From: Lama guanicoe
Taxonomy: Eukaryota
Direction of reading: 5' to 3'
Length of the DNA: 33,290 nucleotides
Assembly (NCBI GenBank): GCA_013239625.1
Contig: MU053751.1
Location: 1 to 33,290, forward strand
The notes below the pieces were generated by a model. That model was not told where the DNA came from and did no database searches. It saw only the letters and a program-made list of their open reading frames with translations. Both the position numbers and the translations under genes were made by a program. This document shows, piece by piece, positions 11,851-23,966 of the stretch. Each line of letters starts with the position of its first letter. The stretch's first letter is position 1.

Positions 11851-12543
11851 TTTGTCATGAAACTGTCAGCTCAGGGAGGGCAGGACCCGCCCTCTCCCTT
11901 CGGCCCCACCCTCTGGCAGAGCATCAGCTTGGGAGGACCTGCTGACCTACACCAGCCTGTATTCTAACCCTGGTCTTGAGTTCTTAGCAAACTGCTTCAC
12001 TTATCCATACAAATCCAAGGTAGATTAGAAAGATTTTAGATGTTGAGCAAGACTATTGATTTGAAGATTTTGCACTAACAACCTGCAAGGACATGTTCTA
12101 ATGATTCTGTCTTCTTAAAACCACACCCAGATTAAAGGAGTATTTGTGGAATGTCTTCGGAGTAAAAGGGAATGTACTTTTACAGACTTTATGTTTTTTA
12201 ACATGAACAACCCGGACAGGGTCACAAATGGAACCGCCTCACAAGTGACAGAAGACAGGAGAGAGGCACAAAGCAACAGGTCGCAAAGATGGTAAGAGCA
12301 AAGTTGATTCTCCAACCCCCGAAAAACCCCTGAAGGAACCAAATTTCTGAATTTTAAATGTAAAAGACTATCATATAGAGAAATGAAATAAATAATCCTC
12401 TTCATCAGGGCTTCAAGATCTGACTCCAGAATTTTTAGCAGGCCATACTGAATCCTAGCACAGAAAAATCCCATGGACTAGTGGTGAGAAATTTCCAGGA
12501 AAACTGCACTAATTCCTCAACTGCTGTAAGGACATACACTCAC

Positions 12544-12667
12544 CAGCCGAAGGTGAATGTAGACCGCATTCTGAAGAAATTCGGAAGCTTCCAGGCTCCG
12601 CTTCTGGATGCCGAGGACACGGACAGCTTGGATGCATGCTTCTAACTCAGTCGCCGGCATTCTTACA
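12544..12667 (-). pseudogene. TRAPPC9: TRAPPC9-like exon with 2-nt deletion and intact splice sites
   Basis: Minus strand reads cctccgtttcccctgtAG|TGTAAGAATGCCGGCG--ACTGAGTTAGAAGCA...CACCTTCGGCTG|GTGAGT. It translates [41 protein letters not shown] against recalled [42 protein letters not shown] (about 34/42 identical). 124 nt versus 126 expected. Confidence 0.92.
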
Positions 12668-13828
12668 CTACAGGGGAAACGGAGGCCCCCAGTCAAGAGC
12701 AGAGATGTTCCTGTCGTGTATCACAGGCCATGCCTCGGGAACTCAGTGCCCTGCAGCAGCCCAGCCCCAGGCGAGGACACGCAGCGCGGCCCACCCAAGC
12801 AGGAGGGGCACTGTGCTTGAGAAAGCCCATCTCCGATGGGGGCAAGAAGGGCTGGTGTTGTTGAGTGAACCTGTAAATGCCCACAGAAATATGCCTGCAT
12901 TCATTGAAGAGATACAAACAACAGTAGCCGGCTATTTAACATAATTTCAATTGTCAGTGGAAATTTTGCCATCCCTTTCCGCTTGTCCCCAGCACTCTGA
13001 GACTGGCTTAGGCTCTCTTACACCTGCAGCTCTGTGCAATAGTTGTGAAGTCATTTTACTTTGCTGCAAGTGTCCTCATTCCCAGGTTTCACTTTTTCTG
13101 TCCTCTCTTAACACAGTCGGATATCTTCCTGGATCTCTCCCTGAGTTACATGCTCCTCCTCCTCAGATCCTGAGATAAAGGTCAAATGAAGACACATGAC
13201 CAGAAAAGGTACTGTGGACTTGAACGAAGTCCTCAGTGACCACCTAGTGAGTGCTGCCCACCCCTTACCATCGATTATCAAGGTTCTGCCCAGGGTGACA
13301 TCCAGCCCAGAGAGGCAGCCCAGGCCAATTCAAAGCTATGTGGCTTGGGCGCGGGGACAGGTACAGGAGCTGGTTCCGGAGCCAGGCCCTCCCCACCTCT
13401 GCTCCCCTCTCTACCGAGGCCCTGCTGCTAAGCACTCAGGCTCTGTGATCTTATGTCCTGCTCTTCTACTCTACTCCAAACACTTTTCCTTTTCTTTTTC
13501 TCCCAAATTATCCCCAGCTGGAGTGATTTTTCAATCACAGTATCTGAAAAAATTTCCTGAAGCCTAAAAACAGGTCTCCAGAGGTCAATGCCCATATGCT
13601 ACATCCTGAAGAGAGCCCCTGGCTAGGGGAACCCTCACCAACATTCACGGGGCATCAGACATGTTGCAGGGTCGGCCACCCCCAACAAGAGTTTGCTGTC
13701 ACCCCAATGCCCGCATAGCATCCCTGCTTACAAAACTGTAGTTGGCCCACTTGTCACTTAGTAAGAAGCAAAAATACAAAATTGCTCATGTTTCTTACTA
13801 AAATTATCTATGAAGCTGAAAAGTGATT

Positions 13829-14368
13829 TGTAATAAAAAAAAGAACAATTTTGACCCTATGTTTGATCTGTTCCTTTGGCTTTAAACCTGTGCCCTGTTT
13901 TCTAGGCTCAGACTTGGTACCTCTGCACCAGTTGTAAAAGGAAGTTTCCTTTAGCCTGAAATCTACAGGAAACCCTATTCTCCGGGCCCTGATCTTTAAA
14001 AATGTTAGCTCATCTGCACTTCTGTAGAGATGGCAAGTTGCAAAATAGAGAATAACCTTTTCTTTTTTGGAGGTTTTACAGGGGCATAATGATTTGATCC
14101 ACATGGACAGCTGCAAGAACAGCGGATTCAAAGGACAAACAATTCATACAGCAAGAAGTTTGCAACAACCAGGCACAACCCCGCCCCTCTTTAGTATAAA
14201 AGGAGACTGAATTCTGACTTGGGGAAAATGGTTCTCCAGGACATCAGTCTGCCGTTTTCTGGGTCTGCCAGCGTTGCAAATAAAGTCACTATTCCTTGCT
14301 CCAACACCACATCTCCTGGTTTACTGGCCTGTGATGTGGCGAGCAGAACGAGTTTGGACTCGGTAACA
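13829..14368 (+). mobile_element. Solo ERV1-type LTR
   Basis: TGTAA...GGTAACA termini. GC box CCCCGCCC at 14179-14186, TATAAAA at 14195-14201, AATAAA at 14279-14284, and the typical U5 end GGCGAGCAGAACGAGTTTGGACTCGGTAACA. No clean TSD seen. Confidence 0.8.
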
Positions 14369-14690
14369 AAATGACTGCATTGGAGGTAGTATGTCTCCAA
14401 TGTTTCCTCGTTTCCAATATGTAACATGCACATCATTTATGATCTAGTGCAAATAATTCATCAAAGACAACCACAAAAAGAAACTATACTCACCTAGCTA
14501 TCAACACTGAAATCACATCCTGTTAATTTTATACGCTGTTTAACAACACAATGGAAAAACCTAACATAGGGAGTTGATTCCATGGAAATAAAATTATTTC
14601 TACTCCTTCAATACTTTTTCTTTTCTTTTCTATTTTATTTTGTTTTGCTTATTGAAAGGAAAATAAAATTCAAATCATTTTATTTCACAT

Positions 14691-14730
14691 ATTTTTGTTA
14701 TAGCTACATTATTTTTGTTATAGCTACATT
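14691..14730. repeat. Exact 20-bp tandem duplication
   Basis: ATTTTTGTTATAGCTACATT twice. Confidence 0.95.
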
Positions 14731-14874
14731 CTTTAAATACTACAAAGAGAATTAAATTGCAAAAAAATTGTTCATATATTAGTATAAATATATATACACA
14801 ATCAATGGGGATTAGGAAAGGAATGGACATTTACTAAAAATCCAATGCAATCCAGTCTTTTCAAGCATATCCTG

Positions 14875-15000
14875 GAATATAAGCTCTATGATCCAAGTGG
14901 CCCCACCCCCATTCTCACTGCTGAGTCCCTTAGTAATCAACTACTAAGGCATCAGCATAGAACCATATGATCAGTATTTGAGGAATAAATGAGGGAATTA
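14875..15000 (+). mobile_element. L2 3' terminal fragment
   Basis: TAAGCTCTATGA...TTCTCACTGCTGAGTCCC...CAGTATTTGAGGAATAAATGA resembles the L2 tail. Confidence 0.5.
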
Positions 15001-15044
15001 ACTCATTCAATTCTAAAACAAAAACCATAAAATAAATACAGAAC

Positions 15045-15155
15045 TTATTTACAGATAAAGAAAATTGGAACCCAAAAAAGTAAAGTTACTTCCCCAAGGT
15101 CACAAAGTTAATAACTGATAAAGACAATATTTGAACTCATCTGCCTGATTCTAAA
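15045..15155 (-). mobile_element. MIR fragment
   Basis: ATTTACAGATAAAGAAAATTGG...ACTTCCCCAAGGTCACA...ATTTGAACTC...CTGCCTGATTCTAAA. Confidence 0.7.
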
Positions 15156-15429
15156 AACTAAGGTGGAAATCCCATTCGACTGGGGAGGTTCCAGCAGCAC
15201 AGCCTATCACCCTATCTTTCTTCAGATCTAGCCTTAGACAGCCTGAGACAGCACCCCTTCCCTATGGAACTCGAGGGCAAATGATAACAATAAGGATTTT
15301 ATATCCAGTAGTTTGTTAGGTCTCATTTATATATAGTGTCAGCAGGTCAGCAGAAAAACTCTGGAAAATAAGAGTGGGTCCAGAGCTTTTTGCTGATTAG
15401 TAACTCAGTCTATCAGGACATAGTGACCT

Positions 15430-15680
15430 TCCCATGAGAGGCCACATGGACATAAACTAAAGGAAGCTGAGCAATGAAAACTAACACAAGCCTGGAACTC
15501 AAGCAAGAAAGATCCCTGCCATCCCCCAACCAGTTGCCTCTTAACCCGCGTGGACACGATGGCAGGAGACCCAGGTTCTTGTCCAAGTTACACCATCATG
15601 GATTCTCACCCATAAAAATTTATGACTCTATGCTGTCTTAAGTCGTTTAAAACTCAAATATGATAACAACAATATCTCAG
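15430..15680 (+). mobile_element. MaLR (MLT1-like) LTR fragment
   Basis: GAGAGGCCACATGG...AACTAAAG and GATTCTCACCCATAAAAATTTATGA...TGCTGTCTTAAGTCG resemble MLT1 motifs. Confidence 0.45.
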
Positions 15681-15872
15681 CAGAATATCTATGTCTCCAC
15701 TTCCTCTCTTATAATAGGAGAATATTTCTATGGACACAAAGCAGAAATCCAATTTAAAAAACCATTCACGAAGCCAGGCGAAATTCTGCTTAAGAGACTT
15801 TGCTCTCACGCTCAGTAAATGAAAACTCAGAAAAAGTGGTCCTTCTCCCTGAGCAAATGAGAAGTAGCCTGA

Positions 15873-15907
15873 TGTGTGTGTGTGTGTGTGTGCACGTGTG
15901 TGTGTGT
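15873..15907. repeat. Interrupted (TG)n microsatellite
   Basis: (TG)10 CACG (TG)5 T. Confidence 0.95.
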
Positions 15908-16294
15908 AAATCAAATACAATTAAGTCTGGGACGTGTACAGTTTTTTTTATGTCACTGTCATTTCATGGGGATGAGCCAACATTTAAAGTAATTTGAATC
16001 TAGTGTTCTGAGAGAATCTCAGGCTCTTGGTGGAGGAGATGAAAGGGGAGACTAAAGGGGGAAAGAGGTACATGAAGCAAAGAAGTAAGAATACTTTCAG
16101 GGAAAGGCAAGACGTTAGTTTTGTTCTTCCTTGCACCACATACAAATTAGGGACTCGCTTTCCCCTGAAGACTTATCGAGCACTGAGTTGCAGAAGAAGA
16201 GGCGACAGCTCAATCCTCACTGAGCTTGTGACTGTACTTGGCATCTTATAGACACAAATCATTTACCCTGATCAAACACTCTAGCAGCAGGCCG

Positions 16295-16420
16295 TAATTC
16301 TCCTGTTTTGAGAGACAAGAAAGCAGGAGTTCAATTAAGATATATAACTTGACAAAAGTCAGAGGACCAGTAAACTAAAGAGGATGAATTCAAACACAGA
16401 GTTGAATGCAGACTCTGAAC
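16295..16420 (-). mobile_element. MIR fragment
   Basis: CCTGTTTTGAGAGACAAGAAAGCAGGAG...TAACTTGACAAAAGTCA...GAATTCAAACACAG. Confidence 0.45.
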
Positions 16421-16919
16421 TTCCCACTCCCAGGACTGGAATATCCTTAAAACACAGGCCCCCCAACTCCCCTGCAGTGTTCCTGGCACCAAGCATTTCC
16501 CATGGCAATGGTCACCAGTTCTCACAGACACAGCGCTCTCTGCAGCTAATGACCTTGATCAGACCTTGATCATCTACCTGCCACGCCCACCAGGCTTCAC
16601 CATACAGGCAGGAAAGCTGGCTTTCAAGTGCATACAAAGCCATCCCTGGTCTTATCTGGGCTCCTCTGTGCCTTCTCCAGCCTAAAGGCAGCCATGAAAC
16701 TGCTCACAGTTTGTACATGTGCCAGACTACCTCTCTCCATTTGTCTCCCCGCCTATACTACTTAGCTATGACCATTTTGAGAATCTTGGACACAAATATT
16801 AAAAAAAAAAAAAGAAAGGATTCTGGAGCAAGTACTTAATACTTACAATTTTAAATGACAAGTTACAAAGTGAATACTTACAAACCAAATGTTCCTTTCT
16901 AAATGTCAGTTTTAAGCAT

Positions 16920-18320
16920 TTAAAAATATAATAGCAAAAAATTCTCAATTACAAAATTGACAAAAACATAAACAATAATCTGGAATAAATTCAAAAATAA
17001 TGCCCATGTTCTAAATGGAGAAACTTCAGGACTGTACTGAGGGGTAAAGTAAGTGGTGTGAATGTAGAGACATCAACAAATTGCATGGAGGAATGTGCTT
17101 TTGTAAAGATGTACGTTCTCATTAGAATAATTCAAAACTTACAAAAAAATCCTGTGAAAACTCCAATCTGATTTTTTTTTAACTTGAACAAAATATTTTG
17201 GAATTCTTCAGGAATAATAAAGTCATAATACTAGACAAGAAAATTTGGGATGGAAGAAAAGAATCAAAAAAAATCAGACTGCAAATTATTAAATAAATTT
17301 TTACAATATGTAAGATATGGTGCTGGAGTAAAAAAGGCAGTTTGACAGAAGAGAACCATGAGCTCAAAAAGAGACTGTAGTGTACATAAGTATTTTCTAC
17401 AGGTGGGATTTCAAATCAAAGAGAAAAGTATGACTTCAATAATTGTCCTGGGACAATCAGAGTATCACCTGGAAAGAATAAATTTTATTCCTCTCATAAG
17501 GACCACAAGATAAATTACAGACAGTGATGTAAATATTAAAAAGTACTAATAACAGCAAATACAACACTTTGCTCTTATTAAGTCAACTTAACCTTACATT
17601 AACAAGTACTATTATCATCTCCATCTTAGAGATTAAAAAAAACCTACAGAAGAGATTTATTCCATTATAAGAAAGTATTTCTAGGAATAATGTCAAAGAT
17701 AAAACCTGTAAGGAAGATATTTGCTATCATAAGAATATTTTGAGACACAACCGAAATAAAAAAACCTCCTGAACAAAGTGAAAGGCAAGAAATGACAAGA
17801 AATAGCTCTGTGATACATATTGATGAAGACAAGAAGTTAATGTTCATAACATACAAAGAGCTGTCACAAAGCAACAAGAAGCTACCTCACTTAAATATGT
17901 GCAAAGGATAAAAGGAATCATTCATTTTAAAAAAGTCAAAAGGCTATTGAGTGAAAAATGCTCAATACCTCACTGGTCATGAAATGCAAACTAAAACAAT
18001 GAAAAAGGACTTTTGCTCATCATATTGGCAAATATTTTTAATAGATATTGTAGCTAGTGTCCATCTGTGGGAGAACAAACCATGAGCGACATTTTCGGAG
18101 GACGACTTGTCAATGGATATGTAAACTCTGAAAAACGTACATATACACTGACTCAACACCACTTCTAGGAATCGTTTCCTTTAGGAAAAAAAAAAATTCA
18201 GTCCAAAAAGATGTACCCATTAGGGCATTTACACAGCAATTTTTAAAATGGTGGGAAGAAAAACTGAAGTGAAATCATATCCAGCAATAGAGAATTGGTT
18301 ACATAACTAATTGTGCATCT
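16920..18320 (+). mobile_element. Ancient L1 (L1M-type) ORF2 3' part and 3' UTR, degenerate
   Basis: A-rich + strand with decayed L1 ORF2 motifs: ATATGGTGCTGGAG, TCAATAATTGTCCTGGGACAA, GAAATGCAAACTAAAACAATGA, CCACTTCTAGGAAT, TCCAGCAATAGAGAATTGGTT. No ORF. Confidence 0.75.
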
Positions 18321-18429
18321 TTTCATTCCCCAATGGAGAAAGAATTTCTAGAGTCACTTGAAAGGATTCTGTGATGAATGTAAATGTCACATCCAGGGAC
18401 TAAATTTCCAGAAGCCTTAACTAAAGGAA

Positions 18430-18990
18430 TACTCATACAAGATCACAGGAATGCCTGTACAAGAAGGATGCCAGTCAAACATCCTTTCTGAGAGTGGAAA
18501 ATGGAGAAAACTTAAGTGTCCACCATCAAGACAGTGATGCGGTAAATCACGGCAAGCTGCGAGCACTGAGGGAGCCGGCGTTTCGCCGTGGTCCAGGGCC
18601 TTGTCCACAGCATTCTCCCACCAAAGGTGTGCATGGACAAGAGACCACAGCCGCACATCAGGAGACCCCCCCACTCGATCTGAAAGGACCGTGTGAGTCT
18701 GTAGTTGGAGGACGTCTATGATATACAGCTGAGTGTATAAAGCGAGCTGCAGAAAAACATATAGTATGGTCTCATTTTTAAATAAAGCATATATACACAT
18801 ACGTATACATAGAATTCTCATATGTGTGTATATATGTATGTCATAGGCATAAAGGTCATGAAATATATATACCAAATTTTCGACAGCTTTTACTGTCAGG
18901 AAATAAGGGGAAGGGAGTCAGGGGACTTCCTGTACCACCACAGTTCTATTTTCAGTATTTCAGTTAAGTATACTTGGAATTTAAAAGTTT
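18430..18990 (+). mobile_element. Ancient L1 3' UTR fragment
   Basis: AAAATGGAGAAAACTTAAGTGTCCA, GCATGGAC and AGCGAGCTGCAGAAAAACATATAGTATG resemble L1ME 3' ends. Confidence 0.5.
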
Positions 18991-19464
18991 ATTTAAGTCA
19001 GAAGAAAAGTGGACGATGCCTCCAGAAGACAGAATGCTATACTGGTCATCAAAAATCATGCCAGGGGAGATAGAATATTGTAGAAAAACATATAAATAAG
19101 TCGAATGGAAACTGGAGGTGTCCACACAGAAAACAGGCACAGAGTGCTCTCTGGTTTTTTATGACAGAGGTGATACACAATGACGAAATGATAGAAAAAA
19201 GACGTTAACGTGTTAATTATTATCTTTGATTAGCGGGACCAGGATAGCCTCTTTTGCCCCCTTTTTCAGAATTATTATTTTAAATGTACTTTTTTTATCT
19301 GAAAAAAGCATTTTTAGGTGTTTAGTACCACGCATTGGAGAATAATACATTAATACTTAGAGAAACAAGTAACTAGGAGACAAGGCAGCAGCGTCACACA
19401 ATGTAGAACGGGCGATCCTGATTAACACCATGCAGTTACATAAGGACACACAAAGTGAGAGCAC

Positions 19465-19585
19465 CTGCTGAAACAGGGTGCGGCCCCCTTCTAGTTGTCA
19501 GCAGTGTCTTCAGGGATGAGGTAGTTCTGAGCACGGCCAGTGTCAGTGCTGGTGTCTGGATTGCTGCTACTGGGGGTGAGGGCAC
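19465..19585 (-). pseudogene. TRAPPC9: TRAPPC9-like exon, disabled (acceptor AG>AT, premature TAG, 1-nt deletion)
   Basis: Minus strand translates ALTPSSSNPDTSTDTGRAQNYLIPEDTADN*KGAAPCFS against recalled TRAPPC9 [40 protein letters not shown] (about 21/40 identical). It is preceded by the pyrimidine tract ttctgttcttcctctcggcttgcAT instead of AG. Stop at 19491-19493; 121 nt versus 122 expected from the protein; GT donor at 19464-19463. Confidence 0.85.
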
Positions 19586-22019
19586 ATGCAAGCCGAGAGG
19601 AAGAACAGAAATCATCCTCTGCCTTTTCTTTCTTGTTTCTTTGTTACTTTAAAAGAGAGGCATATATAAGATAAACTGTGTATCTTCCCAAATGAAATTT
19701 CAGTAATGAAACCGTTTTTAAAGTCTTCACAGCGTATATTCTGCCTATAAGTGTTTTTTCAACAAAGATCATATTTCTTAAATGTTAATTAACTCAGTTA
19801 ATTAACTCCCTGTTGAAACATTCTAGTAAAGAACATGAAATGCAGTATGTAAAACAACCACACCTGCACTGACTAGCTCAGCTGTCTTAACGGCAGTGCA
19901 GTCAGCCCCCACCATCCCGTGGCCCTGAGCTCCTGATGCTGGTAAGAGAGCACGCTGCAGCCTCAGATGCAGAGAAACTGTGAAAGCATTTTTTTAACTC
20001 TACAGCACTGACAAAACATAACTGACAAATTCCAGGCTCCCTTGAGGTTGTCATTTTCTGTTTCTTGCCAACCCCCATCAATGAGCAGAACCAACCCATT
20101 CCCGAGCCATGGGAATCACGTGGGGAGGAGTTTTGGAGAAACTTCCAGGTATAGAATGCAACCAACTATACATAGAACTCTCACAAAAGAAAAGATGCAA
20201 TACTCTGATTTTGGAAGACACTCAAAATATTCTTCTAAGCCTAAGTAGCTCAGCCACTTCTTTATTTCACAGCCAGTGAGCATCTCCCACAAACCCTGTT
20301 TCCCTGTGTCTGATGGGAGCCTCAGGCACACTCTTGCTGTCCATCTTGTAAGTCACAGGGAAGAGGCGTGTGTCTCACACCAGCAACCCTCACACAGGCT
20401 CACCTCCTAGCCTGACTGTATGAACTTGGCCCCATTTTCTCACCTGTTTATTTGATATCTGTTCTTCTGTAAGCTGCCTGAAATGCATTTTGGAACATGT
20501 CAGAAGAATGAGTGGGTAGATAAATGAACAGATTGAGAGGTAAGAGATGGGAAGACAGACAGAGAGACTCCAAGAAAAGGGCTACATATAAAATTTCCTA
20601 TGCAAAACCCTCTTCTAGTCAGGGAAGGAAACCACCACGGAGAAGTGTGAAGAGGCAGGTAGCTTAGGACTGTTTCCTGAATTCCATGAAAAGTCACACC
20701 AAGAGATGAGAGGGTAGAACTTATATAGTAAAAGAAAAAAAGCATGCATGCTTGAAAAATATATCTACAATATGTACTTTCTAAAGAATAGATTCAAATC
20801 AGCAGGGCCCAATGACACTATCCTTGGGTATTTACAGAAGTGAGAATCCTATCTCCAAACCACAAGGCATCCCTTCGGAGCACTGAGAGTCTACACGGGG
20901 CGGTCATAAAGCCGTCACCGCAAAAGATATGCGATCCTGCACTTACGAGGAACGAGCAGCTGTGCTCGGGCTGCCCACGTGCATCATTTACACCCCACAG
21001 CACCTCTACGGGGGGGGGACGCCTAGGGAGCCCCGTCTCTGCAGGACAGAAAACCAGTTCTGGAGAGGCTAAGCCGACCTACCATTTCTCCATCTCACAG
21101 GACTGGTCACTCCAGAGCAGGACTCGAACGCGGACCCACGTTTGTAACCACGGTACTACCGTGATTTGTGTGCTGTGTGTGTGTATAATACATTTGTTTC
21201 TAGCATGAAAGGATATTTAATAAATGATCGGTTGTCTTGTCTATCTCATTAGCTCACAATCAATCTTTATACTGTTGAATTGTACTCTTTTCCCCTGGAG
21301 AAAGGAATGGAAACAGCGGGGGTCAGAATGAGGTGGGGCTCCATTCTTTATCTGGTACCTCATCTCATCCAAGTCCCCAACCAGGGAGAAGGAGCAAATG
21401 TTCTCTTCATCTTTTAAAGTGAGGGCTTCACTGATGGTGATTTAGTCAACTCCAAAACCAAGGTTGGGAAAAGGGCACATGCAGCAACTAGAGCAGTATC
21501 AGCTGTAGGAAGGCGAAAAGAGCTCATGGGAGAGTTCAAGGGGCAGCTGATTTAGTTTCACTCTATAAAACAATAACACACTCTAAAAATACTAGCATAC
21601 AATGGATTTGCTGTTTCTTGACATCTAGCACTTTTCCACAGCCCACATGTAACATTATCGTGAACCAGTTAAAGGAAGAGTCCACAGACAGGAAAAATCA
21701 ATGCCACAGGAATGCTGAAACCCAGGCTGGAGGAAAGGAAGAGAAAGGGCATAGTTAAGAAGTGGGGAAAGGCTGGGAAAAAAAAAATCATCACAATGAC
21801 TCTGAAGCATCATCCTAGAATCATATAATCATTCATTCAAGAGAGAGTTACTGAGATCCTATTCTGTGCAAGATTGTACAGCAGGCAAAGCAAGAGCGAA
21901 GCGTCCATGGTGGCAGCAAGTTGCGGGGCTCAAATACACTTCTGATCCCGGTACCTTGCACACTTGTGCTCAGTATAAAGTCAAAGAAAACAAAAGTAAA
22001 ATAATACTCTGTAAACTCA

Positions 22020-22310
22020 AAGCATTGTTGAAACAAAAGTTAAAGAAGACCTAAATACCAGGACAGACACTCCACGCACATTCCTCTATCAAAAGACAGC
22101 GCTCTTAGGATGGCAGTGCTCCCCAAGGTGATCCGTATACTCAGCATGGCTTCGATCACAATCCCTGCGGGCTCCTCTGCAGTAACTGACTATCTGCTGC
22201 TACAATTCATATGGGAAATCGAGGGTCTCAGTAACCAAAACATACTTGGAAAAGAAGAACAACGTGAGAGGACTTGTAATTCTCAATTTCAAACCTTACA
22301 ACTGTATCTC
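22020..22310 (+). mobile_element. L1 ORF2 fragment
   Basis: ORF 22110-22313 MAVLPKVIRILSMASITIPAGSSAVTDYLLLQFIWEIEG matches L1 ORF2p MAILPKVIYRFNAIPIKLP...LKFIW. Confidence 0.85.
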
Positions 22311-23254
22311 TAGGTGAGATTAGAGGCCATTGTGAAGTTATTTCTATGTTTATTCTTATTTTCTAAATTCTCTACTATGAATATAACTGTTACAATAATA
22401 AAAATGAAAAGTAATTTATCCTTTAAAACATGCACACCGATTCATTGATTGGGAAAAATTATTTTATCAATAAAGATATAAACAAATATCTAGTGAAAAA
22501 GGACTACTTAAAAACAAGAGTGCATTTTCATTTTTCATTAATTGAAAACTGAAAAGCACAAACACATCAAGTTTCTAGGGAGACCAATGCAATATATTAA
22601 TAGTTATTTTCAAAAATTCTAATTGAACAATGAAAACTCAGAAAAGGGAAAATCGTGATTGACAGCCAACTGCAAACACATGGAGATCAAAGGCCTAGAA
22701 ATCACAGTTCCTTTAACTCTGCTCCTAACACAATAGGAGAGGAAATTCCTCACTGAGGGGACAGTGGAATCCCATGCATAAGACAGGATACACAGTACAA
22801 ACTGCACTAGAATTGGGGGTGATTTTCTTAGAAGAATTCTAAAGTTACAAAATTGCTAAAAAACTATTAAAACACTGACAGAAAGATTAAAACACAAAGT
22901 CATATATATTACATAGAAACATATGAAGTCTGCTCCCATGTTGCATAGAAATACAAACATATTTGTTCATTTATGGGCACTGATTACTTTATACCAAATA
23001 GAATATTTCAACTAAAATAATTAATCAATATTACACCCTCTTGTTAAATCTAGTTGATAAATTATTCTGCTATGTAACCATAATGTGTCTAAGATAGATC
23101 TAAAATTAGTGAAAAAATTCTTCTTATGGTTTTTTGAACTATTCTCAAAATACAAAGCTTAATTTTAAAACATATCTGAGCAGTAATTCTATATTACCTT
23201 TTCCCTCGTGAAATGAACAACACAGTCTTTTGTCAAAATTCTGTCCTTACAATG

Positions 23255-23375
23255 ATTCACGAGCACCGTATCCTCACAAAACTGCTGGACAGCAAGGCAC
23301 TATCCAGACACTGTGACCCAACAAATGAAACACAAGTAAGACAGTGACCCTATTCTGGAGGGCTTATAGTCTGTC
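23255..23375 (-). mobile_element. L2 3' fragment
   Basis: GAGCACC...AGGCACTAT...TAAGACAG...CCCTATTCTGGAGGGCTTATAGTCT resembles the reverse L2 tail. Confidence 0.45.
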
Positions 23376-23966
23376 ATCACCGGGGTTTTTATTTGATTGA
23401 TTTGATTGGTTGGCAAAATAAAATCAATCAAGTACCTTCTTTTTTGTGCATTCTGTAAGTCATGACTGTTTTTAATGTCATGAACAGGAAAGACTTAAGC
23501 ATGACTTGATTAGGTCAACTAGCAACAATCATCACTGGATTGTGAGTAATAAAGAAGTTAACTGATAGCAATGCTTCTGCCTACATGAGACCTAAAATAA
23601 ACCTACACTGATCTCTGTCAGGACAATGAGGAGATAAGGTCCCCAATGAAAAACATGAGGGTCTCCCACAGCACTGGGTAGCTTTGACACTGATATGTCA
23701 GTCAAATTCTCTGCATCTCAGTCTCCGATCCATAGACTGGGGACAACAGCACCCGTCTCCTAGAACGGTCCTATCCTNNNNNNNNNNNNNNNNNNNNNNN
23801 NNNNNNNNNNNNNNNNNNNNNNNNNNNNNNNNNNNNNNNNNNNNNNNNNNNNNNNNNNNNNNNNNNNNNNNNNNNNNNNNNNNNNNNNNNNNNNNNNNNN
23901 NNNNNNNNNNNNNNNNNNNNNNNNNNNNNNNNNNNNNNNNNNNNNNNNNNNNNNNNNNNNNNNNNN

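Noticed and set aside
19465..19646. Alternative open frame NKETRKKRQRMISVLPLGLHVP... using an upstream AG
   Set aside because: Not the TRAPPC9 frame, and splicing it to the next exon gives an immediate TAA.
20440..20525. TGTAAGCTGCCTGAAATGCATTTTGGAA resembling an ancient LINE-tail repeat
   Set aside because: The match is too short to name the family with any confidence.
23393..23431. 11-bp inverted repeat TTGATTGATTT...AAATCAATCAA
   Set aside because: Low-complexity (GATT)n sequence, too short for a MITE or pre-miRNA call.
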